Origin: a virus
Lineage: Duplodnaviria > Caudoviricetes
Reading direction: 5' to 3' (one strand)
DNA length: 64,000 nt
Virus record (IMG/VR): IMGVR_UViG_3300028591_000073
Span: 128,001 to 192,000 of that record
Shown here: positions 11,501-21,472 of the stretch, piece after piece
Position numbering within the stretch: position 1 is the stretch's first letter
How the letters are laid out: each line of letters starts with the position of its first letter
Notes under the pieces: generated by a model
Seen by the model: the letters and a program-made list of their open reading frames with translations, nothing else
Databases searched by the model: none
Told to the model about the DNA's origin: nothing
Program-made: the position numbers and the translations under genes

Positions 11501-12809
11501 TGACATTATTCAATTTCAGATTACCCATTTCTTGACGTAATTTCTCTTCACGGGGACTGGTGGTGGTATTCATCACATCTTTGTTATTCGCTGGAGCCGC
11601 GTCAATTTTCTGTGCCGCTTGATTGATTAATTCCTTTTCTACGGGAGAATCACCAAGCTGTGACAAATCATCACGAAGCTTTTGTGTTTGTTGTGGATTG
11701 ATTTGTTGATTGGGATTGATGCGTTGTTGTAAATCGGCATTAATGGCAAATGCTTTTGCATCATATAATTGCTGTTTATTTCGTTTTACAAAGTCATCTT
11801 GGGCTTGTGGTTGTTCATCATTCCCATATTGATCAAAGAGATTGTTAATCGTAGAACGAATATCACGAATGGAATTTCGATGTGTATCTTGTAATCTTTG
11901 TAAGTTCTCATCTAATTGATTGATGCGGATACCATCATCCTTTGGTTTTTCTTCGATGGATTCTTCCTCATCCAATTGATCCATCATACGATCTTTCTCT
12001 TTATCCGCTTCTTTTGCTTCTTCTGCATCTTGTTTGATTTCATCTAACGAAGCAGCCGCTTGTCTGGACTCTGGAGAAGACACACCGGGAGTACCAACAA
12101 ATTCCACACCGATCTTATTTAACATTTGACGAAGACGCATGCGATCACGGTCTTCCCATGCAGACAAATCAAATTTATAATCTTCATCACTAGAATGGAA
12201 AATAATGGTCCATGATGCCTTTTTAATTTTCTCCTTTGGAGAAAGTGCATATGCTGTTAATAATGCATTCACCAAGTCTGTTCTGAATGTCTCCATTGTT
12301 GGATTCTTATAGATACGGAATCTGCGTGTATCAATCCACAATACTTTCTTTTTGGAGAAATTTAGTTTATTTGCCATCAAACCAAATAACATAAAGATTT
12401 GATCTTGAATTACATTTGGTGCCATTTGTTTTAATGATGGAGATATCTTACTCATTAACTCTGATAATGGAATATACAAATTCTCTTTATATGTTTTCTC
12501 ATAAGGAAACCTAATTGCAATGAGATTTGGTATCATCTTCTGGTTTTGTGCATAGACAATCTTTTTATTATATTCATTTTGTGTTAGAATATAACGAACA
12601 GGTCTACCACCAATTGTGTCAACAAAACGACATGGTATCAACAAATTCTTATAGTTCATCTTTGGTTGTGGGAACATTTTAATCATTTCTAAGTCATACT
12701 CATATGAGTCAGACAACAAAAAAATGGAAATATCTGAATTGTCCGATGGTAACCGGAATCTTTGTTGTGTGGGTAAATAACTTGGTCTGGAATTGAAATC
12801 TACAGCCAT
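8502..12809 (-). CDS. Phage multisubunit RNA polymerase beta subunit (possibly virion RNAP)
   Basis: Beta-like motifs SPNSANVGMQRQL, RIAMACSQSGH, YFTYEDAG, VGDKIADYSACKQVIS, PIDLFQAPTSVLKRM. Confidence 0.9.
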   Translation of the reverse strand: MAVDFNSRPSYLPTQQRFRLPSDNSDISIFLLSDSYEYDLEMIKMFPQPKMNYKNLLIPCRFVDTIGGRPVRYILTQNEYNKKIVYAQNQKMIPNLIAIRFPYEKTYKENLYIPLSELMSKISPSLKQMAPNVIQDQIFMLFGLMANKLNFSKKKVLWIDTRRFRIYKNPTMETFRTDLVNALLTAYALSPKEKIKKASWTIIFHSSDEDYKFDLSAWEDRDRMRLRQMLNKIGVEFVGTPGVSSPESRQAAASLDEIKQDAEEAKEADKEKDRMMDQLDEEESIEEKPKDDGIRINQLDENLQRLQDTHRNSIRDIRSTINNLFDQYGNDEQPQAQDDFVKRNKQQLYDAKAFAINADLQQRINPNQQINPQQTQKLRDDLSQLGDSPVEKELINQAAQKIDAAPANNKDVMNTTTSPREEKLRQEMGNLKLNNVTFNKLVQVDDVPKPAPYRPLKTTTTSVAKRGTQFSRVTKEYESKLMDRDIVATLMGLSKPADGFFVTNVDIQDKSNAVSMINDWKITLKSKESGLQNIIHIFIPKMFNGRFFVNGTWYTIDKQDFPIPVLKINPKTAIITSNYNKITLARYDTKSLVDLTALRKLAEKQLKPDGTNKYVKLGSNINSNMKYVSTIEYDEFAKMWYSFTIPEANAEFCFNRNDCLKKWQFVTVNQDEFCCGMIGQTPVVVNTETSKTRQDKTIVQTIVDLLPDALQSEFYKTKPGKTSMYATIKIGGTVPMGVAIAAWEGISSLLKQSGVEYRIVEPRFKDPNYIVYPFKDKSIAIRNTIYGQLVFNGFYRLNTKAYNFADFDIPIMESNSIYVDLFNQHFFSQYSQLTTFITYYNFFMDAITADVCHHYNMPDTLCGLLLYATHLLCDNTYTSEFNSSLYRIRCSEIIPAMIHYHLAVEMSKYNNKVGSRSRKSKFQFNPNCIIGELTNLETCNQISALNPVIELHAREVISTKGFRGINNTRSYSKARRSYNDSMIGKIAMASPNSANVGMQRQLTADPKIESVRGYTSTNSVEDTEFDDLQLSSFSELLTPGTVSRDDAIRIAMACSQSGHIVSTAGAEPALISNGVDEITPAYLTEEFSVMAEDDGKVLEIADGYMIVQYKNQEKQAVPVGDKMGFNSGSGFYVNNKLVPNFQPGESFKKNDILAYHEKYFTKDSMGQVRMNVGPIGKVAFYGNYFTYEDAGAMTTRLSKKMSTTVIMKEIIKLDATEDVDKIVQVGDEIEVGDPLLTFGLGNVGDKSVDNFLKAFGATAEDDSFKRIKKAENAGKVVDVRIYTNKSLDKLSPSLFKIVSEHFKQNRAKRKILDKYDGTSTVYKLGTLYDRPTEPLKTPSIKGIYCDVLVEIYISHDDEVSVGDKIADYSACKQVISEIIPDGLEPYSEFRPDEPIDLFQAPTSVLKRMVPSLVVNAAGNKCLIELKRTCKKIWEE

Positions 12810-12859
12810 GATATATCACTCCTTATAAATTTATTTAAGATAAGAAAGGAAAATTTGTT

Positions 12860-13042
12860 ATGAAAAGAACGTATTATTGGACATGCCCTACCTGTGGAGC
12901 TTCTTTAGACCCAGGCGAACGTTGTGAAGATTGTAATCCTCGTGAACGAATCCCATATCCGGATGCAAAGGGTTACAAATCAGTCGACCATCGTGATTGT
13001 AATAGAAAGGAGATGAAAAAAGATGTCAATCTTCACCAATAA
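12860..13042 (+). CDS. Small zinc-ribbon protein
   Basis: CPTCG...CEDC; AAGGA RBS. Confidence 0.65.
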   Translation: MKRTYYWTCPTCGASLDPGERCEDCNPRERIPYPDAKGYKSVDHRDCNRKEMKKDVNLHQ

Positions 13043-13400
13043 ACCTGTTCGAAATATATGGAAAAAATCCACATACTCATTCCCCGTTGTACCAAATAAA
13101 GCATTTAATACAGAAACAGAAACTCCCGGTGAGTTTAGTAAAAATATTCCATCTTATAAAGACAAACTAACATTTGTCACAATGGAAGATGTATTCGGTG
13201 GGCAGTTTGAACCAAACCATGTGTTGTTTAATCCCAGACTGTCAAAGGAACAAAATGAACGTATCTTAAAAAAGGCACACTGTTATCATTTTAAACATCA
13301 TCCCATTACGAATGATGATTTGGATATGTTAACTGCATTTGATGAAGATTCATTGGATGAATTTGTGATTGCATACAAGAAATTTCTTGGGATGGAATAA
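13023..13400 (+). CDS. Hypothetical protein
   Basis: ORF with AGGAG RBS; ends at a palindrome. Confidence 0.6.
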   Translation: MSIFTNKPVRNIWKKSTYSFPVVPNKAFNTETETPGEFSKNIPSYKDKLTFVTMEDVFGGQFEPNHVLFNPRLSKEQNERILKKAHCYHFKHHPITNDDLDMLTAFDEDSLDEFVIAYKKFLGME

Positions 13401-13418
13401 CATAATAAATGAAGATGG

Positions 13419-13440
13419 TACGGGGGCATATGCCCCCGTA
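13419..13440. terminator. CATATG-centred palindrome between convergent genes
   Basis: TACGGGGGCATATGCCCCCGTA. Confidence 0.7.
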
Positions 13441-13442
13441 CA

Positions 13443-14036
13443 TTATTCTTCTTTGAATTCCACTTTGATTGTGTGGTCAACGATATTTGCCAATCTGGCA
13501 ATCGTTGTGATAGATACCACAAGTTCGTCTTTATGTGTGGACATTTCATACTTGACCACGAATTGTCCAATGTTATTTGCTATTGTAGGTTTCAGCAATT
13601 TGGACATACGTTCACGAACCATTTGTGGTGTAATGTCGAATGTCGTAACCACGAATTCAAACATCTCATTGAACTTGCAATCTTCAACGGATGTGAACAC
13701 CCAGCTGTTGACAATCTCCGATAAATCCGCTTTACACAACTTGATGCGACAAACCATCTTTGGCTGTGTTTTGCGAATCTGTGTGAGTATCTCTCCAAGC
13801 TTGGACTGAGATACCGTGTTGGTGGACGAGTTCAACATCTTCACGATTGGAGTGGACAAGGAATCGATATTGATGATGTTCTCGTTGATAGCTCTGCATA
13901 AGGCAACCATGATTGGGTCACCGTTCACCTTCTTGGACATATCAATCTTCTCCTGTGTGGAGATGACTTGTTTCAGGTGTTGCATTGCTTCGGGTTTCAT
14001 TAAAGCTTTTGCTTCTTCAATTGACATATTGGACAT
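13443..14036 (-). CDS. Hypothetical protein
   Basis: 197 aa, AAAGGAGGA RBS, promoter-like motif upstream. Confidence 0.7.
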   Translation of the reverse strand: MSNMSIEEAKALMKPEAMQHLKQVISTQEKIDMSKKVNGDPIMVALCRAINENIINIDSLSTPIVKMLNSSTNTVSQSKLGEILTQIRKTQPKMVCRIKLCKADLSEIVNSWVFTSVEDCKFNEMFEFVVTTFDITPQMVRERMSKLLKPTIANNIGQFVVKYEMSTHKDELVVSITTIARLANIVDHTIKVEFKEE

Positions 14037-14111
14037 ATTTACGTCCTCCTTTCTACGTGTTAATTATATATGTTTTCATAAAAATAAAAATTCTATTATT
14101 TCAATTTTATA

Positions 14112-14146
14112 TCTATATATAATTAATATGATATAGAAATATATCA
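14112..14146 (+). promoter_or_regulatory. Putative phage promoter followed by 5' hairpin
   Basis: TATATAATtaatat then TGATATAGAAATATATCA hairpin; the same hairpin occurs at 49420-49437. Confidence 0.5.
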
Positions 14147-14240
14147 TATTAATTATTAATTTATACTCCTCCGACAGTCATGAGGCAGTCTAGTCAACTG
14201 TAGTCGGATCGAAGGAGTCACTCTTAAAGGAGGAATACTT

Positions 14241-14459
14241 ATGACACATTTCACGAAATTAAATAATCTTTCAATGGATGAACTCAAAAAGATGGCAAAA
14301 AAATATAATCCTATCAATTCCGACCTTATTAACAAAGGCTGTTTTGATAATGATCGGACAATGCTGGTAAAAATAATTAGCACAAGTCCCGCGTATATGA
14401 AGAATTTCAAGGGTGTCGATTTTATGGCACTCATGAAATTTAATGCTAACTTGAAATAA
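14241..14459 (+). CDS. Hypothetical protein
   Basis: AAGGAGG RBS, 72 aa. Confidence 0.65.
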   Translation: MTHFTKLNNLSMDELKKMAKKYNPINSDLINKGCFDNDRTMLVKIISTSPAYMKNFKGVDFMALMKFNANLK

Positions 14460-14474
14460 GAGGAGGAACTTATC

Positions 14475-14867
14475 ATGAAAGAAAATTTCGAAATCAAACT
14501 CCCCGAGCATATGCTCGGGGATCTCCATGCGCAAAAATGCATGGAGAAACAACTGAAGCTCTTCACCGCTGCACTGGGTGAAGAAAATGCAAAATCAGTG
14601 CTGTTGAAATCCTTCGCCATCATGGCGAAGGTAGATGAGCTCGAAGATGAGGGCAGAGATGCCGAAGCCCTTGAGCTTGAAAATAACCACGACAAGTGGT
14701 TTTCTCAGTATCAACAGAAGGTGGAGTCCTATATGGACGAAGCCAATGCTGATGCTGAATCAGCTGGACTTGACCTCCCATACCCGGAACGCATATGGGA
14801 TCAGATGTCAGCTGATGAAAAGGTAGGGCTGTTCGATGCCCTTACCGAAATGGCTGAAGAAGACTGA
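14475..14867 (+). CDS. Hypothetical protein
   Basis: GAGGAGG RBS, 130 aa, higher GC than flanks. Confidence 0.7.
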   Translation: MKENFEIKLPEHMLGDLHAQKCMEKQLKLFTAALGEENAKSVLLKSFAIMAKVDELEDEGRDAEALELENNHDKWFSQYQQKVESYMDEANADAESAGLDLPYPERIWDQMSADEKVGLFDALTEMAEED

Positions 14868-14872
14868 ACAAT

Positions 14873-14896
14873 ATCCCCCGGCATATGCCGGGGGAT
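14873..14896. terminator. CATATG-centred palindrome between convergent genes
   Basis: ATCCCCCGGCATATGCCGGGGGAT. Confidence 0.7.
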
Positions 14897-14939
14897 TCTG
14901 CTGATAGTTGATTTCAATATTAAATCATTTTTTTCTTTT

Positions 14940-15824
14940 TTACCATTTCAAATATCTATCGAAACCATCTTGCTTTGGATTCTGTTTAAATAAACCATCC
15001 ATTTGCACGATGCAATATTCGATAATAGCACGGTTCAGTCCTTCTTCGGTTGACATTTTTCTATGTTCCTTGACGTAGGACTCGGTAATGATTGCTTCAC
15101 TCATTTTCAGGATGACAGACTCACTCTTGACTTCTTCATTTGGTGTTTCAGAAGCTTGATCGGGTTGTTGATCCTGTGTTTCAGGGAGTGTATCTTCTTC
15201 GGCTTTTTCTTCCTCATTCTCCTCTTCCTTTTCGTCTTTATCTTTTTTCTCCTTGGATTTCTTATTTAAAGATGCATCCAAGTCATCAAAGACGGGAGCT
15301 TCATTACCATTCACAACAACATTTGTGACATCATCCACAATGTCTTTAGAAACCTTATTCATGAGACGTTGACGGAATTCATCATAGTTTTCACAACCAT
15401 CCAACAATTCCTTTGTCTTCAAAGCAGCTTCCTTTACAACTTTATCGGGATTCTTATTCAGTGTAACTTCTTCTTCTGCTTCATCACATCTGTTATTGAT
15501 TTCCATGATGATATCTCCAATCAACGGAGATTTCAGTTTATCACATGAGGATTTCAAGTAACCATAACAAGAACCACCATAATTGGTATTGATATGTCGC
15601 ATAATGGTTTGGTCAATCATACCATCCAAATCTTTTGTATCATCATGCATCATGGCGGAAATCAAATCCTTCAATACATAGAGGGATAGTTTCTCACGAA
15701 AATTCACTTTATCAAACTTCTCATGTTCAGATGCATCTTCGGGTGCTTTGTGTTTATCTTCGAATGATTTATCAGTTGTCTTAATAATATCATCCAACAA
15801 ATCTTTGATATCAGGCATTATCAT
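14940..15824 (-). CDS. Probable virion (head) protein
   Basis: 294 aa, acidic, coupled to the upstream 740-aa gene. Confidence 0.55.
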   Translation of the reverse strand: MIMPDIKDLLDDIIKTTDKSFEDKHKAPEDASEHEKFDKVNFREKLSLYVLKDLISAMMHDDTKDLDGMIDQTIMRHINTNYGGSCYGYLKSSCDKLKSPLIGDIIMEINNRCDEAEEEVTLNKNPDKVVKEAALKTKELLDGCENYDEFRQRLMNKVSKDIVDDVTNVVVNGNEAPVFDDLDASLNKKSKEKKDKDEKEEENEEEKAEEDTLPETQDQQPDQASETPNEEVKSESVILKMSEAIITESYVKEHRKMSTEEGLNRAIIEYCIVQMDGLFKQNPKQDGFDRYLKW

Positions 15825-18043
15825 TCACCTCCTTCAGTAGTTGCGTGTTCCATGACAGGACTTCCAAGAGGAATTACTTTAGAAACACGTCTTGTTGCAT
15901 TTGTAAAGTTTCGAATTGCTTCCTTAATTCCTTCAATTTCTTCTTTCATTGGAGTGTCATTTAACTTCAATACCATTTCATTCAATGCATGATTTAAATT
16001 CTCCAATTCTTTTTTGGCTTTATCATCAACATCTGCGGACTTTACAGCCATTGCGATAGATTTATTCAAATGCTTTGCATCTTTTTTCGTAGCACCAAAA
16101 ATCTCTGCTAGATTCTTTTTATTGTCATTCAAATCACCAAGTACTTTTCTGACACAAATATTAATCTGTTTCTTCACATCTGTTACGGATTCCAGAACTG
16201 GTTCAATATCTGTATCTACGCTCATTACGGCAGATTCCAAAGCACTCAGATCATCACCACTATCGGTTGGTGTTGTGCCAATAGCACCACTACCATCATT
16301 CAGAAATTCTTTTAACTGACCCATTGGCATTGTCTTAATCTTTTCAATACCTTGTTGAATCATATCATCCATGGACATATTATCAATATCCATATTGCCC
16401 ATTTCCGTATTTCCATCTGTATCTGAAGAAGATGTGGAAGAAGTATCATCAATATCGGTTTCGATATCATCCAAGGAAGATGCTGGGTCTGTTGGATCTA
16501 TGGGAGTTGTACTTGTATCAGCTGTATTACCAAGATCCATTCCACTTGCATCAGATGTTGGTGTGTCCATATTTCCCATATCTGGATTATCTGTTCCACC
16601 CATTGCATCATCCAATCCAGCAAATGTATCATCCACATTCTGATCAAATGTGGGATTTTGATTCATCACATCTGTCTGACTGGCTGCAGCTTGGTTTGCT
16701 GCTGTTGCATTTGCAACATTATCTGCAATCTGTTGTGAAATATCATTTGTTGTTGCTGTCGATGCATCCGGAGATGTTCCACCGGCTGCATTGGGATCCG
16801 CTCCAGCATTCGGATCAGGAGCAGCACCTGCAGTTGGATCTGTACCACCCATTGGATCAGCACCGGCTGGAGCTGCGGCCGGGTCTGTACCACCAGCTGC
16901 TGCATTGGGATCACCACCAAGAGGAGGAGGATCTCCAGCAGGATCACCACCACCGAAATCGATTGCTTCTTGGAAGAATGCAGAGTTTCCAAGCCAACGA
17001 TTAGGTGTAAAATCAAATGCTTCTTTAATTGCTTTCTCTTCTTTGGCTTTGAAATCCTTTTTACAAACAAGATTCATGGCATTAAAGTCTTTATTAGCAA
17101 CCTTGATATTCGGATAAGTATTGTTTTCAGAACCTTCAAGCTTCTTCATGAGTTCTTCCTTATTTTCAATCTTACCACCCTTGGATTGACGAACTAATCT
17201 GGTTTCGACACTCCACATGACCGGATATGGCTGATGCATACCTTCTACTTCAAATTCAATACCAACAACGAATTTATCCATGACAGCTGGAACAATTACT
17301 CTTTTGGGAGTTGCAATATCCCAAATCTCAGAACGATATAGTTCACGGCGATAACCATCACGAATCAACAATCCTCTGAGTGCTTCACCCATATGTTCAA
17401 AAGCTTCCAAATTGGATGCGACACTGAGTGCATGGATTTGATTCATTGAAATCTTGTGATCTGGTGTGGTTTCAAAATAAACGGGAAGTTTTGCAACATA
17501 GTGTCTGGAAGAACCACCTTCATGAAGAGGTCCAAGATCCACCATGACATTAGAAGGAACACGTTCATCAGAAACACTCATCATATCATTTCCGAACAAT
17601 CCTTCTTGTACAATATAAGCATGATATTTTTCATATGCTTTCATTGCAACTTCTTGTACACGTTTCAAATAGGACTGCTGACTTTCTCTGTTGAACATGG
17701 GCGTTCTTGCCATTGCTTCTTGATAGAAGTCATCATAGGTTCTTTCTTGTTCAAATGCTTCACTGGTTTGCACATCCATAGGGATATCGACAATTCTTCC
17801 GGTCTTGACATCCATTTCCACCAGATCTAATTCGATATCATCCTCGATAGGAATGTCGATTACGGGACGTTCACGTTGTGCATTTGTACCAACAATTGTT
17901 AACTCTTCCATTTCACTGAATAAATGTGCACATTCTAGAATGGCCTCATCCATTTCTTGAATGGGGGCATCTTCCTGTGCATGGAAAGCTTTCTGTCTTT
18001 CCTGTTCTTTTTTGGCAATCTCTTGCCTTAGGAAGTTAAGCAT
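15821..18043 (-). CDS. Probable inner-head/virion protein with low-complexity acidic linker
   Basis: 740 aa; FYQEA, FFQEA, IVQEG motifs; G/D/P/A-rich central segment. Confidence 0.6.
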   Translation of the reverse strand: MLNFLRQEIAKKEQERQKAFHAQEDAPIQEMDEAILECAHLFSEMEELTIVGTNAQRERPVIDIPIEDDIELDLVEMDVKTGRIVDIPMDVQTSEAFEQERTYDDFYQEAMARTPMFNRESQQSYLKRVQEVAMKAYEKYHAYIVQEGLFGNDMMSVSDERVPSNVMVDLGPLHEGGSSRHYVAKLPVYFETTPDHKISMNQIHALSVASNLEAFEHMGEALRGLLIRDGYRRELYRSEIWDIATPKRVIVPAVMDKFVVGIEFEVEGMHQPYPVMWSVETRLVRQSKGGKIENKEELMKKLEGSENNTYPNIKVANKDFNAMNLVCKKDFKAKEEKAIKEAFDFTPNRWLGNSAFFQEAIDFGGGDPAGDPPPLGGDPNAAAGGTDPAAAPAGADPMGGTDPTAGAAPDPNAGADPNAAGGTSPDASTATTNDISQQIADNVANATAANQAAASQTDVMNQNPTFDQNVDDTFAGLDDAMGGTDNPDMGNMDTPTSDASGMDLGNTADTSTTPIDPTDPASSLDDIETDIDDTSSTSSSDTDGNTEMGNMDIDNMSMDDMIQQGIEKIKTMPMGQLKEFLNDGSGAIGTTPTDSGDDLSALESAVMSVDTDIEPVLESVTDVKKQINICVRKVLGDLNDNKKNLAEIFGATKKDAKHLNKSIAMAVKSADVDDKAKKELENLNHALNEMVLKLNDTPMKEEIEGIKEAIRNFTNATRRVSKVIPLGSPVMEHATTEGGE

Positions 18044-18123
18044 GATATATCACTCCTTGTATTTTCAATTTGAAATATAGATATTGTTATGTTGAACACC
18101 GAGATACGTGGGGCTCGATGTTA

Positions 18124-18279
18124 TTATAATATGAATCCGAAAGTCTCCCGATATAATTCAGCAACCATTTCAGGTGTTAACTCGACGATACCAATGTCTT
18201 CGAGTTCCATGTCACCTTCTAATGTTACACCATTAATTTCGGGACGATTCTCCAATTCATTATAATCCTGAGAAGGCAT
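18124..18279 (-). CDS. 51-aa protein MPSQDYNELENRPEINGVTLEGDMELEDIGI... (not in ORF track)
   Basis: GAGGTGAT RBS; resembles the YxxLxNxPxINGVxL motif of Firmicute phage tail-associated proteins. Confidence 0.65.
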   Translation of the reverse strand: MPSQDYNELENRPEINGVTLEGDMELEDIGIVELTPEMVAELYRETFGFIL

Positions 18280-18310
18280 AAGATCACCTCACTGAAAGGA
18301 GATTAGGCAT

Positions 18311-20230
18311 ATGGGTATAGTCAATCAATATGAAACCATGATTGTTGAGATGTATCAACAAACACATCCAAATGTTGACCCACTTCGTTTGAGACAGCTC
18401 GTGTCAAATATGGTTGAGAATCATTTCCAGGATATTCCAGTTCAAATGGACAATAATATTCGGCATGAAACATTCGATACCACAATGACAAATGTATTTG
18501 ATTGGATGGATGAAAGAAAACCAATTATTTCATCAAATGGGACATTCTTCAAACAGCACTCTGAATATCTATCACCAACTGTATTGTTCTTGGAAACATT
18601 ACAGAAGGACAGAAAAGATACCAAGAGAGAGATGTACAAACATCCAAAAGGAAGTATCATGTATCTAAACTTAAACTGTGCACAAGGACAGATTAAGGTA
18701 ATCATGAATTCCGACTATGGCGGAAGTGGTACTCCACTCTCACCTTTTTACAGCATGTATATTCCACCGGCTACAACGGGTTCTGCCAAGAATATGACAA
18801 CCACGTTAATTTGTTGTCTGGAGCTCTTATCTGGGAACAAGGACAGTTGGGCAAAGTTAAATGGAATCAATGAATTGTACGATTTCATCAGAAAAGTGTT
18901 AACAACAAATACTTCAAATCGACAACTAATGGTGCTAGACTCTTACAAGGATGAAGAAGTTGTTGGTCATTTAATTGATATGACAACAAATATCAGCTTG
19001 CAAGATATCAAATATTTGAAAATGTATGTTGCGACATTAACCAATCCCCAGAAGACAAAATTGATGTTGGCAAATAATCTGCGTCATGTTCTAAAAGCAT
19101 ATCTACATGGTAGAGTTGGTTCTATTATGGCATATCTCAAGAGCCATCGTTTGCATGTAGACAACATCACACAAGAGAATATTGATGAATCTGGATATGG
19201 CGTAAAGCCTCCAAAAGAAATCTTAAGTGATTTGGAATATTGTAAGCAGTTTGTATTGGACAATTGTGTGTACCCATTCATTCCCAATGATTGCGAAACT
19301 CGTGCATGGAATATGCACCGTGATGTTGTATGTGTCACAGATACTGACTCATTGATGGTACACTTTGCATCCTATCTGGATGAGTTTCAAGCACATGTAT
19401 CATCTTACCGTGATTCTTGTTTGATTGCATCTGCATTCGGCTTCCGTTTATTCATTGAAGCCGTTATTCCACAGATGACAGAAAACATTGTCATGTATCG
19501 TGGCATTCAGGATGAATATTATCGCAGAAAGTTTGTATTCAAGAATGAATTTGCATTCTTGGCAATGTCATTGTTTGCCAAGAAGATGTACTCTGCATCA
19601 TGCTTTGTACAAGAAGGGAATCCACGTAATATCCATGAAACAGCAGTCACTGGATTATCATTTAAGAAACGTGACTCAGCAGAATTCTTAGAACCAATTA
19701 TGTTACGTTTGCATGACCAATATGTGTTAACTGCGGATAAGATTAACGTATCTGCACTATTGGATGAATATTATGCTTTACGAGATAAATTGAAAGCAGT
19801 TGTGAAAACGGATGCTCATTATCACAAAGCCCAAAGTGTCAAGACAATTAATGCTTATAAATCATTGCCAGCTCACATGAAAGGAATGCTTATATGGAAT
19901 ACCATGTTCCCGGAGGAAGAAATCCTACCGATGGATAGAGTCACCGTTATTCCGTTATCATGGAAGCTATTGGAAGAAAATAGCCACATTCCCGAATTAG
20001 CAAGGATTGCACAATTGGCAAGTATTGATAATCCCAAGCATAAGACAGAACCAGTATTGTCAATTCCAGAAACGTATCACGAGATTCCCGATTGGTTACA
20101 ACCAGCAATTGATGAAGACTATTGTGTGGATAAGTTATTATCTCCATTCAAACAGTTGCTCGGGTTGTTTGATGTTGTTATCAACGATACTCGGGGTGGC
20201 ATGATTCCGAGTCGTATGATATTCCTATAA
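18311..20230 (+). CDS. Family B DNA polymerase, polymerase-domain subunit of a split jumbo-phage enzyme
   Basis: Motif B KVIMNSDYG, motif C VTDTDS, KKMY; no exonuclease domain seen. Confidence 0.85.
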   Translation: MGIVNQYETMIVEMYQQTHPNVDPLRLRQLVSNMVENHFQDIPVQMDNNIRHETFDTTMTNVFDWMDERKPIISSNGTFFKQHSEYLSPTVLFLETLQKDRKDTKREMYKHPKGSIMYLNLNCAQGQIKVIMNSDYGGSGTPLSPFYSMYIPPATTGSAKNMTTTLICCLELLSGNKDSWAKLNGINELYDFIRKVLTTNTSNRQLMVLDSYKDEEVVGHLIDMTTNISLQDIKYLKMYVATLTNPQKTKLMLANNLRHVLKAYLHGRVGSIMAYLKSHRLHVDNITQENIDESGYGVKPPKEILSDLEYCKQFVLDNCVYPFIPNDCETRAWNMHRDVVCVTDTDSLMVHFASYLDEFQAHVSSYRDSCLIASAFGFRLFIEAVIPQMTENIVMYRGIQDEYYRRKFVFKNEFAFLAMSLFAKKMYSASCFVQEGNPRNIHETAVTGLSFKKRDSAEFLEPIMLRLHDQYVLTADKINVSALLDEYYALRDKLKAVVKTDAHYHKAQSVKTINAYKSLPAHMKGMLIWNTMFPEEEILPMDRVTVIPLSWKLLEENSHIPELARIAQLASIDNPKHKTEPVLSIPETYHEIPDWLQPAIDEDYCVDKLLSPFKQLLGLFDVVINDTRGGMIPSRMIFL

Positions 20231-20260
20231 TATAAAAGTTTTGAAAGGAGGTGATATGAT

Positions 20261-20797
20261 ATGTGGGAAGATATTACTGCCTGGCTGGAGCAATATTCAG
20301 GTATCGAATATGACTTCGATTTCTATCTTCGTCAATTGAAAGACGATGGGATATTCATTGCTCCAGTCCAATGGAGAAACAATGTATCCATTGTATTGGA
20401 TAAACTATCAGAAATGGTAGATGATATTGAAGACAGGAAGCATGAGGTTCCAGATGATTTACCGAGTGCTCCGGAAATCAAAAAGATTGTCACATCTAAT
20501 ATCTTGAGCAGTTTGATTGATATCATCGATTCTATCAAACAAAAGCTCAATATTGAACCAACCATCATTCGTCGATTTACCACTTTGGAAAAGCACATTG
20601 ATGCTTTATTCGATTTGGTCAAAGCATTATCAGAGCATTCGATAGAATGGCTGATTCAAAAGGAATGGTTTGATGAATATGAATATAGTAATGATGATTT
20701 TCTACACGATACCTTTGGTATTGTGAAAAATGATTTACCGAATATGCATTTTACCGTCAACGATATCATCCAACTTCACGAGGATGACGAAGATTAA
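20261..20797 (+). CDS. Hypothetical protein
   Basis: AAGGAGGTGA RBS, 178 aa. Confidence 0.7.
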   Translation: MWEDITAWLEQYSGIEYDFDFYLRQLKDDGIFIAPVQWRNNVSIVLDKLSEMVDDIEDRKHEVPDDLPSAPEIKKIVTSNILSSLIDIIDSIKQKLNIEPTIIRRFTTLEKHIDALFDLVKALSEHSIEWLIQKEWFDEYEYSNDDFLHDTFGIVKNDLPNMHFTVNDIIQLHEDDED

Positions 20798-20878
20798 TTA
20801 TGAAATTCAGAAACAATATATGTTATTTCTGAATCATACAAGAAAATACTATTTTATATGCCGAAAGGAGAAATTATT

Positions 20879-21472
20879 ATGGCATTCATGAATAACAACG
20901 GTGGTTTTAATAACCAGAACAACAACAATGGTGAACCGAAGAAGAAAGTAAACTTCAAGGTTGGTAGGGACTTATATGGTGATGATGGTCGTCTGACTGT
21001 TGGTACTTGGAATTCTGATAAGGGTGGCACTTATGCAACTCTTAGAATTACTGCAGCAGTTGGAAAAGACCCATCCACAAAAGCAAACGTATATGAACAG
21101 AAGATGAGTGGTGAACTTCCTACTGTTTATCTGAATGGGGAAAATCTGCGTGCACTGATGATGGCAATGAATGATACCACACCTGAAACCTGCAACTTTG
21201 CAATTGATTGTGGTCGTTCCAAGATTACATTCAAAGGTGCTGGCACACAGTATACCATTACAATCGAAAACCAGAAAACTGGCAATCGTACTATCACACT
21301 GAAATCGATTCCTGCTGGGGATAAAAACTATCATCCGTCATGGTCTATCCTCATGGATAAATTGAAGATTGTTGATAAGAAGATTGCATTCGGCAGTGTG
21401 GATATGGAAGAATTTGGAGTTGCTTTCACTGGCAATGATGCTGCTTCCGATGCTGATGATAGCCCGTTCTAA
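20879..21472 (+). CDS. Putative single-stranded DNA-binding protein
   Basis: Beta-rich core with acidic C-terminal tail ending DADDSPF; lies in the replication cluster. Confidence 0.55.
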   Translation: MAFMNNNGGFNNQNNNNGEPKKKVNFKVGRDLYGDDGRLTVGTWNSDKGGTYATLRITAAVGKDPSTKANVYEQKMSGELPTVYLNGENLRALMMAMNDTTPETCNFAIDCGRSKITFKGAGTQYTITIENQKTGNRTITLKSIPAGDKNYHPSWSILMDKLKIVDKKIAFGSVDMEEFGVAFTGNDAASDADDSPF

